DNA of 64,000 nucleotides from Candidatus Babeliales bacterium (GTDB lineage Bacteria; Babelota; Babeliae; Babelales; CAIQNR01): NCBI GenBank assembly GCA_031972475.1, contig DALYEP010000001.1, positions 325,147 to 389,146 of the forward strand, read 5' to 3'. Shown piece by piece: positions 29,153 to 37,459 of this stretch (position 1 is its first letter; each line of letters starts with the position of its first letter). The notes under the pieces were generated by a model. It saw only the letters and a program-made list of their open reading frames with translations, ran no database searches and was not told where the DNA came from. The position numbers and the translations under genes were made by a program.

Positions 29153-29827
29153 TCATCTTGAGAGAAAAACATTATTTTTTTTACATATATAAGCTAAAGG
29201 ACATTTTGAACAATGGGGCGATCTAGGCGTACATAGATTCTGCCCCCACATAACAAATAACCTATTAATTTCCGCCCAGTATTCTTTTGGAATAATCCTA
29301 ATAAGCTCTTTTTCTGTTTCCTCAGCTGACTTTGTATGCACTAATCCTAGCCTGTTGGCAATTCTATGAACATGAATATCAACACATAAAGCAGGAATTT
29401 TAAAACCTAAGCTAAGAACAAGATTTGCTGTTTTAATACCAACACCAGGTAAATTCAACAACTCTTGTTTAGAACTTGGAACACTACCTTGATAATTTTC
29501 TATTAAGATTTTATTAATTTTTTGTATTTGCTGAGCTTTGCGATGGTAAAATCCAACAGGATAGATCAACTGTTTTAAATCATCTAAAGGTATTTTTAAC
29601 ATTCCTTGAGGATCTTTAACCCTTCTAAAAAGGCTCATACTAGCATCTAAAGTAACCTTATCCCTAGTCCTTAAGCTTAAAATACAACTTATAAGAATAA
29701 TATAAGGATCTCTACCAAAACGCTCGATTAAAAGAAAAGAAACAGGCTCAATATTATCAGAAATAGATGACTTTATTTTCTCTAAAATAGCATCAAATAA
29801 AATCGGTGATTGTACAAAAACTTTCAT
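29153..29827 (-). CDS. nth: endonuclease III
   Basis: LISCILSLRTRD, LPGVGIKTANLVL HhH, VDIHVHRIANRLG, C-x6-C-x2-C-x5-C 4Fe-4S motif. Confidence 0.96.
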   Translation of the reverse strand: MKVFVQSPILFDAILEKIKSSISDNIEPVSFLLIERFGRDPYIILISCILSLRTRDKVTLDASMSLFRRVKDPQGMLKIPLDDLKQLIYPVGFYHRKAQQIQKINKILIENYQGSVPSSKQELLNLPGVGIKTANLVLSLGFKIPALCVDIHVHRIANRLGLVHTKSAEETEKELIRIIPKEYWAEINRLFVMWGQNLCTPRSPHCSKCPLAYICKKNNVFLSR

Positions 29828-29884
29828 TATATTATGCTAAATACATTTAATCAGTATAATATAAACATTAAAAAAATCATTTTA

Positions 29885-29968
29885 TCAAAAAGGGGGTGTT
29901 GGAGGAGTAAGTGAATAAATTACTGTAATAATCAGAAAGAAAAAAAATATTGAAACACTCTTTTTCAT
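29885..29968 (-). CDS. putative secreted peptide precursor MKKSVSIFFFFLIITVIYS-LTPPTPPF (27 aa)
   Basis: Not in ORF track; AAGAGGG RBS; n/h/c-region signal peptide then 8-aa Pro-rich tail; the GC-rich Pro codons stand out in AT-rich intergenic DNA. Confidence 0.7.
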   Translation of the reverse strand: MKKSVSIFFFFLIITVIYSLTPPTPPF

Positions 29969-30003
29969 AAACCCTCTTAACTTTGCTGTTTTTGAAAATA
30001 TTA

Positions 30004-30038
30004 TTACAATAATGTAAGTATATTCGTATAAAAGTCAA
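30004..30038. promoter_or_regulatory. minus-strand promoter overlapped by TTACA-N4-TGTAA palindrome
   Basis: TTGACT (30033-38)-16 nt-TACATT (30011-16); palindrome 30004-30017. Confidence 0.45.
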
Positions 30039-30072
30039 TCAGATAGAACATTTAAAACTAATAAAAAATTTC

Positions 30073-32823
30073 ATGATATATAATTTTTTAACAATATTAA
30101 CAACTTTTTTACATAATCATTATGTAATGCTATCAATTGAGGCATCCTTAATTATATTTAAAATAGGATTATTTTTTTTATTCATAAAAAAAATCTCTCA
30201 ACTCTCTAAAAATAAAATTCCTGCTATAACTTTGCTCATTATTATTATTACTTCTCTAATAGAAAATTTTAGTTGGTTTTCATTCATATGTTATAAAATT
30301 TTCAAGATACCAAGTCAAAATATTACGATGGGTATTATTTGTACTAGCTATGTAACTTATCTGATTATGTATTATAGCTTAATACTTTTTATACAATCTT
30401 TTAGAATAAGCAAAAAAACAAATCTGAAAAAGAATCTCAATATATTATTATTAATAATAAGCACTTTTTTTCTAATACCATTATTGATTTCTATTATATA
30501 TTTCTTTTTTCAAGAAAATGGATTTATTCAACTAGCAGATTATCTTATAAAATATAATATTTTTATACTTATTGTACGTTATAACATTTTAATATTAACA
30601 CCATACGCTATAATTGAAGGTATAACGATTATACACTCAGAACCTTTACCAAAAATATTATCTGAACAAGTAAAAACATGCATTGTTTATTTTTTGATTC
30701 CATTATTTATTGCAAATGTATGGCAAGTTTTTCCTTTTATAAACACATCTTCATTTCATACAGAAGGATTAATTTTTTCAGAAATATTTTTGCTTCTTGC
30801 TCTTTTTTATTTTGTTAAAACAATTATTGGACTTAGATTTTTAAATTTACACAGTCATGTGTATGAAACAAAAGGATTTAATTTTCTTTATGATTTTAAA
30901 ATAGTTTTAGAAGAACTTGGCCAAATAACAAATATTACAGAAATAAAAATTCTTTCTCAGCAATTCTTTAATAAAGCTTTTAATATTGATCCACAAAAAA
31001 TAAATTTAAAAATAATAACTAATAATCATTTAATGGATAAAGACTATTTCTCTAAACAACACAATCTATTACAAACAACTATTGAAAATTTTATAACTCA
31101 AGAAAATTTTGAAAAATTAACAAATCAATCAAATGCAACAGAAAGCCTCATTCAAATACTTATTTATGATGAAATTGCATACACTCATTTTCATGAACCA
31201 AGTAATTTCACAGAGCGTTTATTAACATTTTTAAATGATATTAATGCTGATGTATTTTTGCCAATGTACGATCAAGATAAAATTATTGGTTATATTATTA
31301 TCAATAAAAATTCTGGTCGTAAAAAATTTTACACAAATATTGAACGCGATGAAATGATAATTTTTACAACTTATGCAGCTAAAATTGTAAACTTACTACA
31401 AAATAGAAATTTAAATGAGCTCCTTAAAGAACGAAAAGAAATAACAGAAGAACTTTATACAAAACACCAAGAAATATCTCGATACAAAGAAAGCCTTCAA
31501 TCTTTTATAAAAATTAACAAAGGAAATTCTATCGGAATTATTCTTTATAAAAACAAAATATTTTCATTTGCCAATGAAGACGCAAATAAAATATTAGGAA
31601 TTAATCCAAACAAGGAAAAAGGCGATCCAACAACAAAATCACTGCTTCAAATGGCTGATAAAATAGAAAAATATAAAGCCCCTCAATTACAATTCGGGAA
31701 AAATATTTATAATAAAAGATTTGTAATATCTGGAATTCCTCATCCAGAAAATTCAAGTGTTATATTTACTGTATACTATCCAGAACTTTCTGACATTATA
31801 GAGGAACTTATAGATCATGTTAAAAATCCTAGCAACTGGGACTATTTATTATACCTAGAAACAACAGAATCAGGTAAACTTATCAATAATTTAATTCCTG
31901 GTAATGGAGAAGTTTTACTTAACTTTAAAATAGAACTTCTTAAAGTAGCGCTTACAAAAAAAGCACTACTTCTTAATATCCCTGAAAACGATATTATATC
32001 TATGGTTGAGCTTATTCATCATATTTCACTTAAAGAAAATTTACATGTTCTCAATTTACAAGCACCAGTTACATCACAAGAAATAGGAATTTCCTTATTT
32101 GGAATAAATCAACTTTTTGCAATAAGTTCTTTAAAAGATTCTTTTAAGGAACCTCTTCTTGAAAAGTTAAATAAAAAAGGAACTCTTTTCATAAAAAACA
32201 TTCATTTTTTAGATTTGGAATCTCAAAACAATCTTGCAACATTTATACGTTATGGATTTTATACTATTCTTAAAACCGAGCGTAAAATGTTTAGTGAAGT
32301 AAGAATTATATGCTCTACAAATCAAAACTTAGAGCATCTTACAAAAGAAGGACTCTTTTCTGAAATCTTATTAAAAGAGTTAAGAAATACATCACTAACT
32401 CTTCCAACTTTATTAACATTACCTGTTAATGAAATTAATACACTTATAGAAAACTTCACAGAACAATCACTTAATACAGAAAATCCAACTAATAAATTAC
32501 TAACACTTTCAGAAAAAGATCGTGAAACTTTAATTGCACAGCGCCCTGCAAGTTTATACGACATAAAAGAAAGTATTAAAAATTTGTTACTTGCAAAATC
32601 AAAAAAAATGGATGTTTACGAAGAAACAACTTTTGATGCAGCATATAACATTTCTGATCCTAAACTTGCAGAGGCTGCACGACTAGGAAAACACGCATTA
32701 AAAGATCCAATGATTATGGCGATGCTGTGGAATAAATTTAAAAATCAAAATAAAATCGCTCTCTTTCTTGGAGTTAATAGGTCTTCTATTCATAGAAGAT
32801 GTAAAGACTATGGAATTTTATAA
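30073..32823 (+). CDS. membrane-anchored one-component regulator: about 7 TM + GAF + coiled coil + PAS-like + degenerate sigma54-activator AAA+ + Fis-type HTH
   Basis: 7 hydrophobic segments in first about 260 aa; VFLPMYDQDKIIGYIII GAF end; GTLFIKNI, VRIICSTNQNL; NQNKIALFLGVNRSSIHRRCKDYGI HTH. Confidence 0.82.
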   Translation: MIYNFLTILTTFLHNHYVMLSIEASLIIFKIGLFFLFIKKISQLSKNKIPAITLLIIIITSLIENFSWFSFICYKIFKIPSQNITMGIICTSYVTYLIMYYSLILFIQSFRISKKTNLKKNLNILLLIISTFFLIPLLISIIYFFFQENGFIQLADYLIKYNIFILIVRYNILILTPYAIIEGITIIHSEPLPKILSEQVKTCIVYFLIPLFIANVWQVFPFINTSSFHTEGLIFSEIFLLLALFYFVKTIIGLRFLNLHSHVYETKGFNFLYDFKIVLEELGQITNITEIKILSQQFFNKAFNIDPQKINLKIITNNHLMDKDYFSKQHNLLQTTIENFITQENFEKLTNQSNATESLIQILIYDEIAYTHFHEPSNFTERLLTFLNDINADVFLPMYDQDKIIGYIIINKNSGRKKFYTNIERDEMIIFTTYAAKIVNLLQNRNLNELLKERKEITEELYTKHQEISRYKESLQSFIKINKGNSIGIILYKNKIFSFANEDANKILGINPNKEKGDPTTKSLLQMADKIEKYKAPQLQFGKNIYNKRFVISGIPHPENSSVIFTVYYPELSDIIEELIDHVKNPSNWDYLLYLETTESGKLINNLIPGNGEVLLNFKIELLKVALTKKALLLNIPENDIISMVELIHHISLKENLHVLNLQAPVTSQEIGISLFGINQLFAISSLKDSFKEPLLEKLNKKGTLFIKNIHFLDLESQNNLATFIRYGFYTILKTERKMFSEVRIICSTNQNLEHLTKEGLFSEILLKELRNTSLTLPTLLTLPVNEINTLIENFTEQSLNTENPTNKLLTLSEKDRETLIAQRPASLYDIKESIKNLLLAKSKKMDVYEETTFDAAYNISDPKLAEAARLGKHALKDPMIMAMLWNKFKNQNKIALFLGVNRSSIHRRCKDYGIL

Positions 32824-32894
32824 AATTTGCAGCTAACAAGAACCTGTTATACGCTTATATCCTTTTAAATATTTTATGTATGAGATAAAAGCAT

Positions 32895-33818
32895 ATGACA
32901 ATTATTGAATTTCAAAAGTATTCAGATGATTTTTTAACCTATATAGAGATAGAAAAAAATCTTAGTAAAAACACCTGCAGATCATATAATAGCGATTTTA
33001 AATCATTTATAACATTTTGGAACACCATTAATTGTACCGAAAAAAAAGATTTTACTTTCACTCAAATAATTGAACGTTATTTTATTCAATTATTTAATAA
33101 AAAAATTGATAAAAATTCTGTTGCAAGAAAAATTTCCTGCTTTACTTCTTTAAAGCGTTTTTTAAAATCGATTGAAGTTAATTTACCATTTAATATACAA
33201 CGACCAAGAACAGATAAAAAACTTCCTACTTATTTAAGTGTAGATGAAATCTTTTTTTTACTTGATGAAGTAAAAAACGAAGATCTCCCTACTCAAAGAC
33301 CTTTTAGAGATAAAGCTATTTTTGAAGTTCTTTATGCAACAGGAATTAGATGTTCAGAACTTTGTAATATTAGTATTGGAAATATCGATTTTACCAATAA
33401 AATAATTCGTATTATGGGAAAAGGAAGAAAAGAAAGAATTGCTCTTTTTGGATCAAAAGCACATTCAAAAATAATTGAATATCTCAAATACGAACGCCCT
33501 AAAGCACATTCCTCTTCAGAAAAATTATTTGTAAATTGCAGAAACGAACCTCTTGATCCTCGTTCTATACAACGTATTATTGGAATGTTTGGAACTTTTT
33601 TACCAATAAAAAAAATACTTACTCCACACAAAATTCGTCATTCATTTGCTACACATTTGCTAAATGCAGGGGTTGATTTACGATCAGTACAAGAGCTTTT
33701 AGGTCATCAAAGTTTATCAAGCACTGAGAAATACACTCATATTTCTTCAGAACAATTAACTACTATGTGTGATACTATCCACCCACTAAAAAATATGATC
33801 AAAAGAAAGCAATCATAA
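32895..33818 (+). CDS. xerC: tyrosine recombinase XerC/XerD
   Basis: LYATGIRCSEL, GKGRKER, TPHKIRHSFATHLL..GVDLRSVQELLGH..LSSTEKYTH; all catalytic residues present. Confidence 0.9.
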   Translation: MTIIEFQKYSDDFLTYIEIEKNLSKNTCRSYNSDFKSFITFWNTINCTEKKDFTFTQIIERYFIQLFNKKIDKNSVARKISCFTSLKRFLKSIEVNLPFNIQRPRTDKKLPTYLSVDEIFFLLDEVKNEDLPTQRPFRDKAIFEVLYATGIRCSELCNISIGNIDFTNKIIRIMGKGRKERIALFGSKAHSKIIEYLKYERPKAHSSSEKLFVNCRNEPLDPRSIQRIIGMFGTFLPIKKILTPHKIRHSFATHLLNAGVDLRSVQELLGHQSLSSTEKYTHISSEQLTTMCDTIHPLKNMIKRKQS

Positions 33819-35611
33819 TGTCGAAAGTCTCTAGCGTTTTTATATCAAAAAAAAATTGGCTTCTTCAATTAAGTACTTTAAGTTTGATAATTGTCTCTAT
33901 GCGCCTTTTTTATTTACAAATTTATCTTGGAGAATCATTCACACTTCAAAGTAATAAAAATTATACACGATATGAAACCCTTCTTTCACCTCGAGGAAAT
34001 ATCCTTGATACGCATGGATCTATTATTGCAACAAATCGACCTGTTACTTCTATTTATTGGAAAGGATCAGGTAATAAAAAATTAACCACACAACAAGAAG
34101 AAACTTTTTTAATTATCAATAATCTATTAGATCAAAGCCTTATTGATAAAAAACAAGATATTCAAAGAGCAGAACGACATTCTAAAAAATATACCCTCAT
34201 TCCTGATGCATCATTTGAACAACTCAGTAAAATTGCAGAAATATTTTCTAATAATCCTAATATCTCGATTGAAACAACCTTTAAAAGATATTATCCGCAT
34301 ACGACACTAGCATGCCACTTACTAGGGTATCTTGGTCATCTTGATAATGAGTCAGATAATTCAAGTTATATTGGCGGCAAAATGGGTATTGAAAAAATAT
34401 ATGAAAAAGAATTACGTGGAAAAACTGGCTCGCTAATGAGAATAGTTAATTCTATGGGTAGTCATATAGCAGAAAAAGAAATGGAAAAAAATCATCCAGG
34501 ATATGACATTATTACAACACTAGATCTTGAGTTACAAAAAATTGCTGAAGAAGTTTTTCCTTTTGATAAACCTGGAATTTTTATATTAATGGATCCATTT
34601 ACAGGAAGTTTAAGAGCTGTACTTTCTCGTCCAAGTTTTGATCCAAATATGTTTCTATCAGCTATAAACAAAAATGATTGGAACACTCTTCAAGAGCAAA
34701 AATCTTTCTTAAATAGAATATGTAAAGCAGTCTATCCACCCGGTTCTATTTTTAAACTTGTAACTTTTTCTGCTGCTCTTGAAACAGGAATAGTAAATCA
34801 ACATTCAACATGGTACTGTGGAGGATATAGTGTTCTAAATGAAAGGCATTATCACTGCGCTCGCAAACAAGGGCATGGTGAATTAACACTAAAACAAGCA
34901 TTTGCTCATTCATGTAATATTCCTCCTTTTGATATGGCACGCCATCTTGATATTGATACAATTGCACGATACGCACATATATTTGGACTTGGTGAAAAAA
35001 CTAATACAGCTCTTCAAGAAGATACGGGTCTTATACCAACAAAAGAATGGAAAAAAAGAGTAAAAGGGGAACGGTGGTGGCTTGGAGAAACCTTTTCTGC
35101 ATCAATTGGACAAAGCTTTCTTTTAGTAACTCCATTACAAATGGCTCGAATGGTAGCCGCAGTAGAAACAGGTTATTTAACCTCTATGCGAATTACAGAA
35201 GACATGCCAGTTATAAAAGAACCGCTTGCTATACGACCAGAGACAAGAAAATTTCTACAACAAGCAATGTATGCCGTAACTACTAAAGGAACTGCCCGAA
35301 GACTTTCATATATGCATGATTTTATTATTCGTTCAAAAACAAGCACTGCTCAAATGAGCGGACTTCATAAGAAAAAAATAAGTGATGACTTTTTAGAACA
35401 TGGTTGGCTTGCTGCAAATTTTAGTTACAAAGGGCAACCTGCAATGACGCTTGTTATTTTAACAGAAAAAACAGGTGGCACCGAACTTCCTATAACAATT
35501 GCAAAAGAATTTTTACAAAAATATAGAAATGTTATGAAAAACAGAAACATAGATTATCAATCAGAACATCAATCAATTCAATCAATTGATGAAGAGGGAT
35601 ACAATATATAA
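33818..35611 (+). CDS. mrdA: penicillin-binding protein 2
   Basis: RLFYLQI, SPRGNILD, YPPGSIFK (SxxK), HSCN (SxN), KTSTAQ (KTG variant). Confidence 0.9.
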   Translation: MSKVSSVFISKKNWLLQLSTLSLIIVSMRLFYLQIYLGESFTLQSNKNYTRYETLLSPRGNILDTHGSIIATNRPVTSIYWKGSGNKKLTTQQEETFLIINNLLDQSLIDKKQDIQRAERHSKKYTLIPDASFEQLSKIAEIFSNNPNISIETTFKRYYPHTTLACHLLGYLGHLDNESDNSSYIGGKMGIEKIYEKELRGKTGSLMRIVNSMGSHIAEKEMEKNHPGYDIITTLDLELQKIAEEVFPFDKPGIFILMDPFTGSLRAVLSRPSFDPNMFLSAINKNDWNTLQEQKSFLNRICKAVYPPGSIFKLVTFSAALETGIVNQHSTWYCGGYSVLNERHYHCARKQGHGELTLKQAFAHSCNIPPFDMARHLDIDTIARYAHIFGLGEKTNTALQEDTGLIPTKEWKKRVKGERWWLGETFSASIGQSFLLVTPLQMARMVAAVETGYLTSMRITEDMPVIKEPLAIRPETRKFLQQAMYAVTTKGTARRLSYMHDFIIRSKTSTAQMSGLHKKKISDDFLEHGWLAANFSYKGQPAMTLVILTEKTGGTELPITIAKEFLQKYRNVMKNRNIDYQSEHQSIQSIDEEGYNI

Positions 35612-35648
35612 ATTAGATCAATTATAATTTTATTAATGAAAGGATTTT

Positions 35649-35954
35649 ATGAAAAAATTATATTTCTCTTTAATGACAATTATCTTTATGAGTTATTCTT
35701 TACCAATCAATTCTAGCGCTGCTTTAAGAACAATAATAAATTCTTCTCGGTATCGTTCTCCTATAATACGCACTCAAAGAAATATTAACAACGAACAAAA
35801 AGACATGACTTTTTTTGATTGGTATATTATCGTATATGCAGGGTATACAGGCTTAATTTTAATGTCTACCAACAACGAGGTAACAAACGCTAACAAATCT
35901 TTAAAAAAAATCGATTCAAAGATAGAAACTTTAATGAAAGAAATTAAAAAATAA
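35649..35954 (+). CDS. small exported/membrane hypothetical protein
   Basis: AAGGA RBS, MKKLYFSLMTIIFMSYS signal, second hydrophobic segment, coiled-coil C-terminus. Confidence 0.7.
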   Translation: MKKLYFSLMTIIFMSYSLPINSSAALRTIINSSRYRSPIIRTQRNINNEQKDMTFFDWYIIVYAGYTGLILMSTNNEVTNANKSLKKIDSKIETLMKEIKK

Positions 35955-35987
35955 TCTTCTTAAAATAAGATATAAATATAATAAAAA

Positions 35988-36008
35988 AAGGCACTTTAAA
36001 AGTGCCTT
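35988..36008. terminator. bidirectional terminator
   Basis: aaggcacttt-a-aaagtgcctt flanked by A/T runs between convergent genes. Confidence 0.7.
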
Positions 36009-36037
36009 AATTTTTAGCAAATAACATGATGTGCTTA

Positions 36038-36316
36038 TTAAGCTTGCTTTTCTTTTGCAAGAGCAGCAACTTTCTTTGCTAATCTACTTGTTTTACGAGC
36101 AGCTGCATTTGCATGTATAACATGCTTTCCTTTTGCACGAGCAAATTTTGCTTCTGCATCTTTTAGTAAAATCATTGAGTTTTCGTAATCACCAGATTTA
36201 ACAGCATCAAGAACTTTTTTAACTGCTGTTTTTAATGATGTTCTACGAGACAAATTAATTTTTCTTTTTTTATTATTTTGAAGAACTCTTTTCTTCGCTG
36301 ATTTTGTATTAGCCAT
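36038..36316 (-). CDS. rpsT: 30S ribosomal protein S20
   Basis: MANTKSAKKR...IHANAAARKTSRL. Confidence 0.97.
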   Translation of the reverse strand: MANTKSAKKRVLQNNKKRKINLSRRTSLKTAVKKVLDAVKSGDYENSMILLKDAEAKFARAKGKHVIHANAAARKTSRLAKKVAALAKEKQA

Positions 36317-36326
36317 ATGACCTTAC

Positions 36327-36530
36327 CTATAGTACCTTTTTAACTTTTTCTGCTTTTAAGCACTTAGTACAAACTTTTGATTGATGCACTTTATTTTTAG
36401 CATCTCCAGCAACAGTAAAACGCATTTTTTGAACATTCGGATAAACCCAACGTCCTGTTTTATTATTTGCTTTACTAACTAAATTTGCTGTTCGCGGTGC
36501 TTTTCCACAAACAAAACATATTCTTGACAT
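36327..36530 (-). CDS. rpmB: 50S ribosomal protein L28
   Basis: MSRICFVCGK...VSKANNKTGRWVYPNVQ...VCTKCLK. Confidence 0.93.
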   Translation of the reverse strand: MSRICFVCGKAPRTANLVSKANNKTGRWVYPNVQKMRFTVAGDAKNKVHQSKVCTKCLKAEKVKKVL

Positions 36531-36612
36531 AATTACACCTTTTCACGCTTAACAAAATCTATCATGAGATAAAGAAGGATAGAATGTAAGTATAGCAAAT
36601 GATCCTTTTTTA

Positions 36613-37383
36613 TCAAATCGAATTAACATCGTTAATAAGCTCACGATAAGAATTAATCAAAAATAAGTTTCCACAAATCAAGCTTTTAGAACTAGAATCA
36701 GGAATAAAACCTTCAAAAGTAACGCTTGAACCTTGAGATTCGCTTATCAATAAAACTCCTGCTGCTATATCCCACCAACTAAACTGGGTTAAAAATGCAC
36801 CATCATACTTACCTGCAGCTACATAAGCCAAATCCAATGCTGAAGCACCACAAATACGAATTCCTGCAACATAGGGTAAAACTTTAGAAATAATTAAAAA
36901 ATCTTTACGAGATAATCCAAAAACAACTCTGCTATGTTTTAGCAAATCCTTTTTACCCACATTAAGAAGATTACCATTACAATAAGCTCCCTTCCCTTTT
37001 TGAGCATAAAACAATTCCTTAGAGACAGGATTATAAATCCATCCTAAAACGATTTCATCGTTATAAATCAATGCAATCGAAATACAAAAATAAGAAATCC
37101 CCATAGAAAAATTTGAAGTGCCATCAAGAGGATCAATAACCCAAACATACTTGTTTAAAGACTTTTTAACTCCTGATTCTTCAGCATAGAAACCAGCATC
37201 TGGAATCAATTTTAAAAGTTCTTGAATAAGATAACTTTCACTTTGATGATCTGCTTGAGTAGAAAAAGAACCATCTAATTTATAATTAAAAACAAGGTCT
37301 TTTTGATAGTAATTAAGTAAGATATTACCTGCATTTATAATAACTTCTTGTACTTTTTTATTAACTTCTTCTAAAACAATCAT
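36613..37383 (-). CDS. suhB: inositol monophosphatase family protein
   Basis: YAEESG, WVIDPLDGTSNF, GASALDLAYVAAG, WDIAAG; AGGAG RBS before ATG 37383. Confidence 0.93.
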   Translation of the reverse strand: MIVLEEVNKKVQEVIINAGNILLNYYQKDLVFNYKLDGSFSTQADHQSESYLIQELLKLIPDAGFYAEESGVKKSLNKYVWVIDPLDGTSNFSMGISYFCISIALIYNDEIVLGWIYNPVSKELFYAQKGKGAYCNGNLLNVGKKDLLKHSRVVFGLSRKDFLIISKVLPYVAGIRICGASALDLAYVAAGKYDGAFLTQFSWWDIAAGVLLISESQGSSVTFEGFIPDSSSKSLICGNLFLINSYRELINDVNSI

Positions 37384-37459
37384 CAAAAAACTCCTAGCGA
37401 TGCCCATCTTTAAAAAAAAAGTTTATTAAACATTATTAAAATAAACTTAAAATTCATTC

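Noticed and set aside
29815-29842. dif-like half site TTATGCTAAAT near xerC
   Set aside because: Only the XerD-like arm matches; the XerC arm position (caaaaactttc) lacks CATAA and overlaps the nth start
32895-33818. Tyrosine recombinase as phage or island integrase
   Set aside because: Size and motifs are XerC/D-like, coupled to mrdA, no att repeats or phage genes
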